64,000 nt of DNA from assembly GCF_000142905.1 (NCBI RefSeq), contig NW_013657648.1, positions 1-64,000 on the forward strand, written 5' to 3'. The stretch's first letter is position 1, and each line of letters starts with the position of its first letter. A program made the position numbers and the translations under genes. Positions 44,813-56,048 of this stretch are shown here, one piece after another. The DNA is from Thecamonas trahens ATCC 50062. Its lineage: Eukaryota; Protista; Apusomonadida. A model generated the notes under the pieces. It was given only the letters and a program-made list of their open reading frames with translations, was not told the DNA's origin and did no database searches.

Positions 44813-47661
44813 ATGCGACTCCCCTCACAGACAGCGCTGCGTAAGCTGCTAGACTCTACAGTTGCAGCAGGAGTGATTGTCCTCCTTACGGTGTATGTCC
44901 TGTTTGTGGACGATGTGGTGGTCTTGGCGGGAGCGCCTGACCCGAATCAGTCTCAGGCTGTCTACGCTCTGTTGGTTCTGAAGATTGTGGTCTTCTTTGC
45001 CTTTGTCGGCGAACTGGTGGCAGAGTGCTACGCTACGCCAGAGTATGTCTTCTCCTTCTTCTTTTGGTTGGATCTCGTCACTCTCCTGTCCTTTCTTCCA
45101 GACTTTTGCTTGCTCTTTGGCTACAATCTCCTCTCCGCCATCGGTGGTCTCGTCGTTGCTCGTGCTGGTCGTGCTGCTCGCATCGCTTCCCGTCTAGCAC
45201 GCTTGCTCTCGCTGGTGCGGATGGAGAAAATCCTCAAGCTCCCGCCAAATGCTGCAGACTCGTTGGATGAGGTGGCTTCGTCGGCGACGGCCGGCGAGGC
45301 GCTGGCGCGCGTGAGGACCTCGCGGTTCCCGGGCTCGGATCTCAACCGGTCGACAACCAACAAGGTGACCGCCATTGTGCTCGTTCTTTCCTTGCCACTT
45401 CGCTGCTCCAGGCGGATCCGGCGTGGAACTCGTTTGCCACGTCTGCAGTCGCAATGCTCGATGCCTCGCTCGGTAACTCGACCGCGCCGCAGCGCGACTT
45501 TGCGCTCGATGCCTTTGTCACCTCTTACTCGTCGCCCAACGTCAACGTCATCGCCATTGAGGAGGACTCGCGCCTGCTACGCGGCTCACTCGAGCCGCTG
45601 GACCATACCCGCGCCTCTTTTGTGGCGTACGTGTACTCGGCAAACGGCCGACTGCGGGTCGTCTTTGACGTCTCGGCCCGCGAGAAAACCCAGGCCCTGT
45701 ACAACCTCCTGCTCATGGTCCTCGTCATCACGCTGCTCTTTTTCGGCAACTATGTCATCTGCCGCGCCTCCAACAAGCTCATCGCGCTCTCGTCCGAGCT
45801 CCTCTACCTCATGAAGCTCCTGACCCGACAGGCGAGCCAGAGGACCGACGGCGGCAGTGTGCTGGTCGACGGCCGGACCGAGCGGCGGACGCTTGGCCCG
45901 GTCTCGGCCCGCCTTCCATCGACCTTTTCGCGCATTTCGCGATCGACCCGGTCGGCATCGACGTCGTCGGAGGGGAGCGGCTCGTCGCTGTCGCACGAGT
46001 GCGGAGGCTTTTGCTCGGCCACAGCCTCGGAGTCGTCGCTCAACCGCGGCGAGACCTCGCCGCTCATTGGCACGCTGCCGCCGGCGCCTACGGTCGATCG
46101 CCCGCGCAAGCGGCCGACTGCACCGTCGCTCGCGACTGTTGTCACCGCGCTGAATGAGCAGACCGAGACTGAGCTCGCTCAGCGACGGAGTCTCCGCCGA
46201 GAGCTGCACGCTGCGCGGCTTGCCCAGCTCGGCTACGCTGTGCTCTGCGCGCGGCTAGAGCGGGTACATGCCGCTGAAGAGCGCAGCGATGTGCTCGCTG
46301 GCTCGTTCCGGCAGGTAAGCGAAGCCGACGTGGCATCGGCGTCGTCGACGTCGCCGGCATCGCCGCCGCTTGACGGCGCGTCGCTCGCAGGCATGTTTGT
46401 GTACATGGTCGGCGACGCCGATGTGGTGGCCGGCCTCTCTGCTCGGCGCGGGTCGCCGCAGCATACGCGCGCCCTCGAACTTGTCGACGGCTTTATTGTC
46501 ATGTCGCGATGGTCGGGCGTGGCGCCACTCGACGCGCTCGAGCTCCTGCTGGTAGCGTTTACCGCTCCGCCGCTTTTTTCGCTCTACACTGGCGAGACTC
46601 GCAACGCAAGCATGGCGCCACGGCTGATGCTGGCGCCGATCAGCTCGGGCCGGCACCCGCAAGGGTGGGCTCGCGGCGGTCGCCACCAAGCGGCGGCATT
46701 TGCCATCCTCGAGCGGTGGCTCTCGCTCGGCCTGCCCGAGTTTGGCTCACGGCGGACGCCCGAGGCTGAGCTCCTGGCCGCCTTTGTCAACGCACTTGCA
46801 ACTCACCGCTCATGGACGGTGGATGCCGGGCATTTAGAGCGGGCGATGAACCGCCAGCTCGACGGGTGGATCCAGCGCGAGGTGGCGCCGCCGGTGGTTC
46901 TGCCGCCGACGGCGTGCCCGCGGCCAGACGGCTCGCTGTACAACGTCTCGCTCCACTCGGTCCACCCGGTGGAGATGGCGCGGCAGATCACGCTCCTCGA
47001 GTCTGCGCTTTACCGCCAGATCGTGCCCGGCGAGCTGCTGCTCGCGGCACGGGCAAGCTGCGAGTCGGTCGCGGCCAACACGCACCACTTTGAAACCTCG
47101 GTGCGGCAGTACCAGCACGCGGTGCTCGCCGAAGACGACGCCATGGCTCGTGCAGCCATGATCGAAAACCTCATCCGCATCGCCACCGAGCTCCGCCGCA
47201 TCCGCAACTACAACGGAGTTATGGAGGTCACCGCAGCGCTCAACTCATCGGCGCTCAAGCGGCTCAAGCTGACCTGGAACTACGTCTCGTCCGAGGCCGA
47301 GGCCGATCTTGACCAGCTGCAGGTGCTGATGGCCATGACCAACAACTCGGCGGCGTATCGGAGCGAGCTTGCCGCCGCTGCACGCCGGCCGGACGAGCCA
47401 GTCGTCCCGTTTATCGGCCTTGTCCTCTCGGACCTGACCATGGTCTCAGCCAACGCCAAGTCCGCCGAGCGCGCCGTCCGCGAGGCCCGCATCGTCGTGT
47501 CGGCGCTCCGGTGGCAAGACGCAAGCTACGCCTTTATCGAAGTCCCGCGCGTCCAGGAGCTCTTTGCTCAGGTTCTGGACGGCGCTGGAGAGGTCAACGA
47601 CGACACACTGTGGGAGCGGTCGATCGCTCTGGAGCCTCAGGGTGGCAAGTCGCGATCGTGA
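44813..47661 (+). CDS. Voltage-sensor/ion-channel-like TM module fused to RasGEF (CDC25) domain; frameshift at ~45388
   Basis: S1 LTVYVLFVDD, S2 FFAFVGEL, S3 SFFFWLDLV, S4 ARAGRAARIASRLARLLSLVR, S5 TTNKVTAIVLVLFLATSLL (after adding one T at 45387-45389), S6 ALYNLLLMVLVITLLFFG. RasGEF: HPVEMARQITLLE, RNYNGVMEVTAALNSSALKRLKLTW, NSAAYR, PVVPFIGLVLSDLT. Confidence 0.85.
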
Positions 47662-48112
47662 CGGCAAGCCACGTTGCCGGGCAGATCTGCAGCTGCGAGG
47701 TGAAGCAAAAAAACAAACTTCACAATAACCGCCACGACAACACACTCCCATACTGATGCACATGCTGTCACTACTTCAGCATGGAGCATGTGTGTGTGGG
47801 AGGGGGAGGGGGGGGGGGGAGGAGGAGCGATGGAGCTAATTTTTTTCTCCGACCGAAGAATCTACCACATCCGCCAGCGGAGCAATGGCCAACAAGCGAA
47901 TTGCTGGAGAGTGACTGACGACGAGCGACAGCGGTAGCATCCCCGGACACACGACTTCTTTGAGGAAGGGAGAGGCTTGGACGACGGACATTGGTCAGCC
48001 ACAAGACTACGACCAAGAAGAAGACAAGAAAGTAGTGCGTTTGATCAAGGCCACCACTTAGCTCGCGCAAGTCATAGACAGAGACAGGCAGACGGTCTGC
48101 TAACCTCTAACC

Positions 48113-51100
48113 ATGCCGCACTTCAAGGGAGCGCCTGTGCCTCTCCACCCGCTGCCCCACCCTCTCCCATCGGTCACGCTTCTTCCTCCGCCGCTCTTTC
48201 AAATCTCGTACACAGGCGAAGTGTTTGAGACGTACGAAGAGTATTGCGCTCGCATTGAGTTCTACAGAACTCGTCACTTTACATGCGCTGCTACGGGCAA
48301 GCAAGGTCTCAACTTTGTTGAGGCTCTCTACTCGGAGGCCGAGGCAGAGGAGGCTCTGGCGGAGTTCTCGGTTCATACGCTGACGACGGCCGCGGCTGTC
48401 ATTCATGGCAAGATCGGTCCGCTCAACAAGGTCATCACCGCCGTTCGTGCTGTGCTCAAGACCGGCTTTTGGGTCAGCGACGTCGTCTCGGTCGCCGCAG
48501 AGTTTTTGCCGCCCAACGTGGCGGATGCTGCCCGCGACGGGCCTCTCCTTCCCGCTTGGCGCTACCGTCACCGATCATGGCAAGCTGCCCCCGGGCATGC
48601 CTATTGTCCGTCTGCCACCGGCCGAAGGCATCGAGCAGCAGCTCGTGCTTGCCCTCAACGAGCTGAACGACGACGCCGGCAAGCCGGTCTCTGTCTCGTG
48701 CCTCAGCTCGCAGGTGACACGGCTCGGCCGAGTCACCGGCTGGTGCCCGATGCCCAACGCCGCCATCCGGACGCTGATGATGCTGCACGCGTCGCGCGAG
48801 CCGTGGGCCGGCGCGCCGTGGGTCGTGCACCAGGACCTCTGCGAGGACTTTAACCTCCCGCCGGTTGTGCTCGCCGCCGACGCCGCCGACCGCGCCGCCA
48901 AGTACAACGCATTTAAGCGCAAGCGGGTCGCTGACCGCGCCACCGAGGTCGCCGACAAGCGGACCAAGTACCTCGAGTCGCTGCCGCCGACCTCGCACGC
49001 GCTGGACAAGGAGGCGCCGGCCAAGCCTATTTTTGTCGCAGATGCCCTCCTCCCGCCGCTACCGGCCGACCAGCAGCCCGAACCCGGTACGCTGGTGTAC
49101 ACCGGCGAGGCCGAGCAGGAGCTTGTGGCTGCCTGGGCTTTTCTCGTCCGCTTTGCCGACGAGATTGCGCTCGAGCCGTACTCGTTCCCAGCCCTTCTCC
49201 GCGCCATCGACACCGTCGATACCGACGACGCCGACGATGGCACTGCGCCGCTCCTGGTCTACACCTACATTGCGCTCCTCGACCTCATTCTCACGCCGGC
49301 CCAGCACCAGGCGCTTGGCGCCCGCATCCGCGAGCACGCGCCGAGTGTGTACGCCGAGCTCTTTGGCGCCGACGCGCTCACCCGCGAGTCAACGTCGGCG
49401 GTGACCTCGGTCAACTTTTCGACCTGGCACTACGCGCTCGCCGTCTTTGCCGCCGACTATGTCGCCGAGCTCGACGGCGAGACACCGGCCGTCCTTGCGC
49501 CTCTCCTGGTCGGAGGCGAGCTGCCGGGAGCGGCGACCATTGCGGCGGCGCTTGGGCGCGCCGGCCACGCGCTCCTCCTCACCGCTATCACCGACATTAT
49601 GCTTGACTCACGCTTGCTGCACACGAGCATCGCCGAGGCCGCCAAGGAGCGCGGCTCGCTGCGGGCCAAGGGCAAGAAGGAGCTGGAGGAGCTGAAGGAG
49701 AAGGCTGAGGCTGCCATCGAGGAGCTCCATGCCACCTACACCGCTGCTGGCCTCGACAAGCTGCCGAGCCCGTCGCTGGCGGTGCCCGACGATGTCGACG
49801 ACGACGGCTCGTCTTCGGACGACGACGACGACGAAAATGACGACGACGACGACCGCGGCTCATCGGTTGCGCTCGGCTCCGGCCGTGGCAAGTCTGCGTT
49901 CAACAAGCCTGGCGACGAGCCGGTGCCGATGGCCACTGTCCCGCCGACGCCGTCCAAATCGCTGCCGGAAGGCATCCAGGTCAAGATCCGCGAGCTCCGG
50001 CGGCAGCTACGGTCGCTGCCGGAGCCAGAGCAGCCAGGCCCGGGCGCGTCGCGATTGGAGACGCTCGATTACAACAAGGCGATGGAGGCGTACCGCCGTG
50101 AGGCAGACGCGCTCCACGAGCGTGTGGAGGAGATGAAGTCCGAGGCCGTCAAGCTCAGTGGCGAGTATCAGAGCGCGCTCCTTGCGGCTCGCGATGATTA
50201 CCTCCGCGCCCGCGAGGAGGCTGAGCTCAAGAACCTCTCGCGGTATCAGTCTGTGGCCGTTCGCGGCCACTGGCTCGGCGAAGACCGCCGCTCACGGAAG
50301 TACATGGTGCTCGAGAACGAGGGCTCGCTCCTCTTCCTCGACGTGGCCAAGCGCGAGATCCGCTCGTACTCGTCAATGCGTGAGTTGGGCAAGCTCCTCG
50401 ACGCGCTCTCGCCGCTCGGCGTGGTCGAGCGCAAGCTCCGCGCCCGGCTCGAGCGCTTCCGCCGCGGCATCCAGCTCGTTCTCGAGGAGACCGAGTCGGC
50501 CGCCGCCGAGTCGGCCGCCGCCGCCGCCGAAAAGGTCCATCTTCAGGAGCAGATCGACGCCGGCCTCGTCCGCCGCTCCGCCCGGCGCACCGACGACGAG
50601 CTCGATGACGCTGCTGACCCGGTTGCCGCAGAGCTGGCCAACTACCGCAACGCGGGCTGGGAAGCCGAGGAGGCCCGACGCGAGGCTCGCCGCAACAAGC
50701 GCGCGCTTCGCGGCGGCTCGTCGTCGCGGCGCTCATCTCGCTCAGAAACCCGCGAGTCGTCGCCGGGCGCAGGCCTCGAGTCGCGCGCCGCCTCGCGCCG
50801 CGCCGCCCGCGCCATCAACGCCGGTATCGGGCGCCCCAAGAAGCTCTCTCGCGCCGAGCGCGCCAAGCGCCGCTCCCACAAGGACATGGTCGGCTCGGAC
50901 GACGACGACGACGACGATGCCCTCTCCGACGACGACGACGGCGATTGGTCCGACGCCGATGACGACGATGACGACGACGACGAGTCGTCGGGCAACCACG
51001 ATGAGACTTGCCACATTTGCAACAAGCGTGGCTCGCTCATCGTCTGCGAAGGCTGCCCCAAGGTCTACCACTCGGCCTGCCTCGGCATCACCGTCGGCGA

Positions 51101-51185
51101 CTCGGACGACGAGTGGTTCTGCCCGGCGTGCGTTGTCCAGCGAAGCGAAGGCGGACGGCGGGCACGGCGGGCGCGTCGCCGCTAA
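48113..51185 (+). CDS. ACF1/BAZ1A-like ISWI-associated chromatin protein (WAC-DDT-WSD-PHD); frameshift at ~48532
   Basis: WAC: YTGEVFETYEEY..R...Y..RHFTC..TGK..L.F.EAL.SE. DDT: LVAAWAFLVRFADEIALEPYSF. WSD: LGEDRRSRKY, ELGKLLDALSPLGVVERKL. PHD: CHIC....LIVCEGCPKVYHSACL..WFCPAC. No bromodomain seen. Confidence 0.88.
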
Positions 51186-51338
51186 GCCGCGCACCCAATA
51201 GCCAATGCCTCGCGGCAGAGTTAAAACAAGAACCGGCATTCCCCTGTGGCCGTCGCCATCAGCCCTGTCACCGTCGTCCAGCCAGCAGCCAGCCGCCGGC
51301 GCGGGCGGCCAAGCCACTCGACGCCGTTGTGCTCGGCC

Positions 51339-52010
51339 ATGACGACACCGCCGCCACGACGGACACGGACAGCGCTCATTGCCTGCGGACTCTCGTACAA
51401 TGAAGACGGGCGTCTGGTCACGGTTCTGTCCAAGCTGCGAGCCTCCGGTGCTTACGCGCTCTGTCTCTTTGCTATGGCGCCTTGCGCCGCACCGGCGGCC
51501 TCAGCCGCGGCCGATGACCCCGACGACACGCAGCCACTCGCTGATGCCCGCAATTCGGTGACGGCTGGCCATCTCGTGGAAAGCGGGCGGCGTAGAGAGT
51601 GCGAGTGGCACGCCTCGCTCGCCAAGCTGCCGCTGCCGACGATGATCAAGGAGAATATGATCGCTGGCGACGATGGAAGTCTTGTCGACGTGTTGCCGCT
51701 CTGCCTCTGTGCGCAGGACGCGCTGGTGGTGGATGCCGGTGCCGATGACGGATCGGGGGCGGTGCAAGTGTCTGGAGGCGAGGTGCGGCGGGCACTGGAC
51801 GCTGCGAGGATCACAGAAGTGCATGTGGCCGGGATGGCAACAGAGGGCGCGGTGGCGGCAACAGCAAGGGCGGCGCTGGAAGAAGGCTGGTCGGTGGCGG
51901 TGTTGGAGGATGTAGCGGTGTCTGATGCGCCCGAGGTGGCGGCAGCGGCCCTGGTGGCTCTGGAAGGCGAGGGTGTGCGGCTGCTGCTATCGAGCGATGT
52001 CTCTTTGTAG
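51339..52010 (+). CDS. Isochorismatase/nicotinamidase-fold protein, apparently catalytically degenerate
   Basis: C-terminal LDAARITEVHVAGMATEGAVAATARAALEEGWSVAVLED matches the cysteine-hydrolase family pattern; N-terminal RTALI. Confidence 0.65.
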   Translation: MTTPPPRRTRTALIACGLSYNEDGRLVTVLSKLRASGAYALCLFAMAPCAAPAASAAADDPDDTQPLADARNSVTAGHLVESGRRRECEWHASLAKLPLPTMIKENMIAGDDGSLVDVLPLCLCAQDALVVDAGADDGSGAVQVSGGEVRRALDAARITEVHVAGMATEGAVAATARAALEEGWSVAVLEDVAVSDAPEVAAAALVALEGEGVRLLLSSDVSL

Positions 52011-52097
52011 TGGTGGACGTCGGGCGGGGAGGCGTAAACGAGCGATGCATCATGGACCAAGGGCTGGGCTGGGGAATGCGTTTGTGGGCTACGGGCT

Positions 52098-53120
52098 TCA
52101 GATGGACGAGTCCGACTCGGACGACGAGTCGTCGTCCGAGGCGGCGAAGAGCGGGCGAGGGGGGGCGGTGGCGGGAAAGGCCGCGAGCGGATGCGGGGTG
52201 AGCGCCGAGTGCCGCGGCGAGAGGAGGCGTTGGTGGAAGAGGGCCGGGTAGGCGAGCGGCGAGGCGGCCGAGGGCGAGCCCATAGGCAGCGGCGGCTTGG
52301 ACGCGCCGAGCGACATCCAGGCCGATGAGACTGGCTGGGCGTGTGCGACAGCGAGTGGGTAGGCCAGATGCGGGCGGCGGCGCGAGGCTTGCGGCGAGTG
52401 CGGCGGTGAGCCAAAGGCGCCGGGCGAGGGCGGGGCTTGCTGCGCTTGTTGGGCCTGTGGTGGCCGCGGCGAGGCAAGCGGCGCGTAAGGAAAGGTAAAG
52501 ACGGCCTGCGGCGAGGGTGGAACGAGCATGGTCTGCGGCGGGAAGGGCGTGGGGCGGGCATGCCGTGGCGAAGCCAGGCGATGGGCAAGCATCGAAGCGT
52601 ACCTGACCGGAGAGGCACGCCCGTCGAATGTGGGTGCAGGCCCACCAGTGCGGTCGGGACTTGCGGGTAGCGGCGGCTTGTGGAAGCCATGATCCGAGTA
52701 CTCTACATCCATGGAAGTATCCAGCCTCAGTGGCGTTCCACCGAGCCGCATCGCCATCCTCTGCGGCTGGCTCATTCTTCCGGGCAGCAGATGCGCCGCC
52801 AGCGGCCGCCCAATCTCCTCATCGTCCTTGTGCACCTCGAGCCACTGCCTCGCCGCCTCGAGCGAGCTGTTGGTGAGGAGCAGGGCCTTTTCCGCCTGCA
52901 CAGGAGAGATAAGGCGGGAATGTTAGTAGCGAAGATGATATCCACGTGTTGTCCATGTGGAGGGGGGAGAGGGGGAGAGGGGGAGGGGGAGGCGTACCGC
53001 CACCTGGTCGACGCCGTCGTTGACGAGGGTGATGAGGGCACAGGCAAAGGTTCGGGAGACCGGAGAGATGCCTGGGTGGATGACTTCGACAGTGTCGATA
53101 TCTGTAGGAGGGGTGGTCAT
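52098..53120 (-). CDS. UBA-domain protein with Pro/Ser-rich tail
   Basis: Exon 1 53120-52998, intron 52997-52896 (GTACGC..GCAG). The joined sequence LITLVNDGVDQVAAEKALLLTNSSLEAARQWLEVHKDD is UBA-like. Confidence 0.7.
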
Positions 53121-53346
53121 GGTGCGAGTGGAAGTGGGCAGGGGGGCGGTGGGGGGGGGTGGGAGGGGGCGGGGGGTGGGGCGGGGGAGGGAGAGGTGGT
53201 GGCGGTGGCGGGCGTGGCCGGGCCACGGCGGGGGGGGGGGGGGGGGATGGTGGGGATGGCGGAGAGGGGATGATGACATTGATTGTGTCTTTGACTGTGG
53301 TGGGGGTAGTAGTAGTAGTGGTGGTACAAGATCTGAAACTACATGC

Positions 53347-54170
53347 CTACATGCGCTGCAGCTCCTGGAGGCGGTTGATGAGGCCCTCGAGGACATCGTC
53401 TGAGCAAGCACGCTCTGTGAGCGAGGGGATGAGCGAGCGAGCTTCTGCCACAGAGCGAGGCATAAGATTGGCCATGGCCGCCAGCTGAACAGGCTCGAGG
53501 CCGGCCTGCTCGAGCATGGTCCGGGTGTCCATGATCGACTGCATCTCGGTGATGTGGTTGAACCGCTGCGCATACTCGAGCGTCTTGAGGAACGTGCTGT
53601 CCGCGCCCACCCACCACCGTAGCCCCACAGCAACAGAGCCAAGTAGAAGAGCATCATGTGAGTCCACGCGATGCCCGGTCACGACACGTCCGCCATGGCC
53701 GTACCCACTGAGGAGGGGCAGCATACACCACCATGGGCAACTTCAACACACTATTTCCTTCCCCATGACCATGACCATGACCATGACCATGACCATGACC
53801 ATGACCATGACCATGGCCATGACCATGACCATACCCATGAATATACCCATGTCCATGCCCACCACCCCACAACTGCTCCCCTCCTCTCCTAGGGGGATCA
53901 CCCCCCTCCCTCCCTCCCCCCCCCCCCCCTCCCCCCCCCCACACACACAGCCACAACCCCTCCACCCCCCACCCCATACCCCCATCCACCCACCCACGGT
54001 ACGTACTCCTTCAGACCCTCGCTGGTGGTCCCTGCGCGAAGAGCCTCCTCATGGGCATCGGCCTGCTGCTTCAGAACAGTGGCCACTTCGGCAAGCATGA
54101 GGCAGTCGGCCTCGGCAAAGTCGGCGCCAAAGGCACGCATAGCCGCACTGCTGCCCTCTCCGCTCGCCAT
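53347..54170 (-). CDS. RPB4: RNA polymerase II subunit RPB4
   Basis: FGADFAEADCLMLAEV, intron 54006-53597, then FLKTLEYAQRF and LAAMANLMP.SVAEARSLIPSL. Confidence 0.93.
53762..53830. repeat. (CCATGA)n hexanucleotide microsatellite in the RPB4 intron
   Basis: Directly visible. Confidence 0.95.
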
Positions 54171-54455
54171 GGTGGGTAGAGCGGGTGGGTTGGTGGGAGG
54201 AGGGGGGCGGGGGGGAGGGGGGGAGTTGGGTGGCGTGCTGCCGCAGCCGTGCGTTGGCTAGGCAGAGCGGGGGCGGGTGTGCTGGACTGCGACTCGCCCG
54301 GCGCTGGCCAGTTCGATGCCCAACACTCTCGCTCTCTCACCCATTCTGTGCCCACATGTCAATACGCCAGCCTCGGCAACAGGATATTCAGATGTGGGCT
54401 GTTCTTTTGATGATGGCTACGAGGAGGGGGGGGGGGACATATCACGGACGGATCG

Positions 54456-56030
54456 TCACCGCGTTGATGACGAGAAGAACGAATACGACGAGGCAGAGTC
54501 GTCTTGGGGAGAGCCGGACGACGATGTCCATGATGACGATGATGATGAGGACGATGATGACGACTCGTCGTCGGATGTGCTCGACATTGACACAGAGAGC
54601 AGGGTGGCCCAGGTCTGCGAGGGACCGACCAGCTGCTCGTACGAGTCGGAGAGACTCCCGTCCGCCATCGACTCGGACCCGCTCGACGAGCTGGACGACG
54701 ACGGGACAGAGTTCGCGGCTCGCAGCGCGCCAAGCGTGAGCACGAGCAGATCGCGCTGGAACCTGTTCTTTGCCACAAGCGGCAGGTGGGTGCTCGCATC
54801 GACAGCCAGCTCCATGTCGACGTCACCGACATAGGCGACAGCCATGTGGCTGTTGAGCTCGGCCCGGGCGAGGCGAGCGGCGCAGAGCTCACGGCGAGTG
54901 GTCGGCCGGTCGCGCGTGGTGTGCGGAACAGCAAGTACGTCCATTTTGGCGCGATCAAGCCGAAGGACAACCTCGGCGTGAACGGGCGAGTAGAGCCGAA
55001 ACTCGGCGTGCCCCCGCGCGACGAGCTTGTCCACCGTCCTGCCCATGACCGGCTCGACGGTGACGCGCCCGAGCGACCGCAACACCAGCGGTGCAGCAGC
55101 CTGGCTGCCGTCGCTCTCCCACCGCGGCGTGACTACAGCCTCGAGATAGCTCCCGACGTCCAGCGCTGTTGGTGCGTACTGCGGCCCGATCGCGCCCTGA
55201 ATGACCACGCTCTTGCTAGCTCCTGTCGTACGGCGAGCTGCACGCCGCCATACGATGTCCATCTGCCACCGCACATCCCCACCCAGCGGGACAACCTCGA
55301 CCTCGGACGCAGTGTCAAGCACGCCCACAATGGCTCCGCCGTCATATCCCACGTCTGCTACCGTTCTTGACCGGCGCTGTGACCGTGGCCGCGACCGGCG
55401 CCGTGACCGCGACCGTGGCCGCGACTGTGACCGCGAGCCCACAGCTGTCGACGAGCGAGACAGCGATCGCTCGCCACGGCTCGACCCCTCGCCACGACTC
55501 GCCTCCCTGCCACGACTCGTCCCCCGATGGCTGTCCGTGCACTGGCTGGGCCCGGCACCCAGGCTCCAGCCGTCCGTCCACGACGCGTCCCAGACCGAGG
55601 CCTCGCCCCAACGCCTCCCGCCCAGACCAGTGGCACTCTCAGCCAGAGCCACAGTCTCGTGAGCGCCAGGCGGTGGTAAGGAACGTCCCCGCTCAGCCCG
55701 CTCAGCCCTGTCGGCCTCATCTGCCCGCTCCAGCCTCCTGCCTCGGCTCCTGCTCCTGCTCCTGCTCCTGCTCATACTCCTGCGTACGCTCGTGGTCGAG
55801 CGCCTCCTCCCCCCCAAGCCGGACTCCCTACCACCCACAGGCATGCCCAAACTCGTCGCCCAAACCGCAGGCTGTCTCTGCCATGGCTGCTGGCGGCTCT
55901 GTGGCGATCGGTGCAGCGGAGGTCGAACAAGCGCCCCGGACGACGTCGCCCACATGCCGCCGTTGGCGCAGTTGAGTGGTGGCGCCTGAGCGGCAACAGG
56001 CAGGAGCGTACAAGGCATACATGTGGCCAA
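54456..56030 (-). CDS. RS-rich protein with Ig-like (AIR9/SCAB-type) and PH-like domains (start uncertain)
   Basis: RSRS repeats, then W.R..IQGAIGPQYAPTALDVGSYLEAVVTP (Ig-like A9 pattern), VDKLVARGHAEFRL and LVAKNRFQRDLLVLTL (PH C-terminal helix). Confidence 0.65.
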   Translation of the reverse strand: MATCMPCTLLPVAAQAPPLNCANGGMWATSSGALVRPPLHRSPQSRQQPWQRQPAVWATSLGMPVGGRESGLGGRRRSTTSVRRSMSRSRSRSRSRGRRLERADEADRAERAERGRSLPPPGAHETVALAESATGLGGRRWGEASVWDASWTDGWSLGAGPSQCTDSHRGTSRGREASRGEGSSRGERSLSRSSTAVGSRSQSRPRSRSRRRSRPRSQRRSRTVADVGYDGGAIVGVLDTASEVEVVPLGGDVRWQMDIVWRRAARRTTGASKSVVIQGAIGPQYAPTALDVGSYLEAVVTPRWESDGSQAAAPLVLRSLGRVTVEPVMGRTVDKLVARGHAEFRLYSPVHAEVVLRLDRAKMDVLAVPHTTRDRPTTRRELCAARLARAELNSHMAVAYVGDVDMELAVDASTHLPLVAKNRFQRDLLVLTLGALRAANSVPSSSSSSSGSESMADGSLSDSYEQLVGPSQTWATLLSVSMSSTSDDESSSSSSSSSSSWTSSSGSPQDDSASSYSFFSSSTR

Positions 56031-56048
56031 AAGGTGGTATCATTTACC

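Noticed and set aside
48473-48500. 28-nt GT-AG mini-intron that would repair the ACF1-like frame
   Set aside because: It would delete VSDVVSV, which resembles the conserved segment following WAC domains, and it is much shorter than the other introns modelled here (73 nt or more).
8654-48533. Programmed ribosomal frameshifting as the cause of the split genes
   Set aside because: The sites share no slippery heptamer or adjacent stop motif, and all are short homopolymers, which fits sequencing error better.
44273-53997. ORFs encoding MTMTMT, HDHD or HGHG repeats
   Set aside because: They are translations of intronic or intergenic hexamer microsatellites, not metal-binding proteins.
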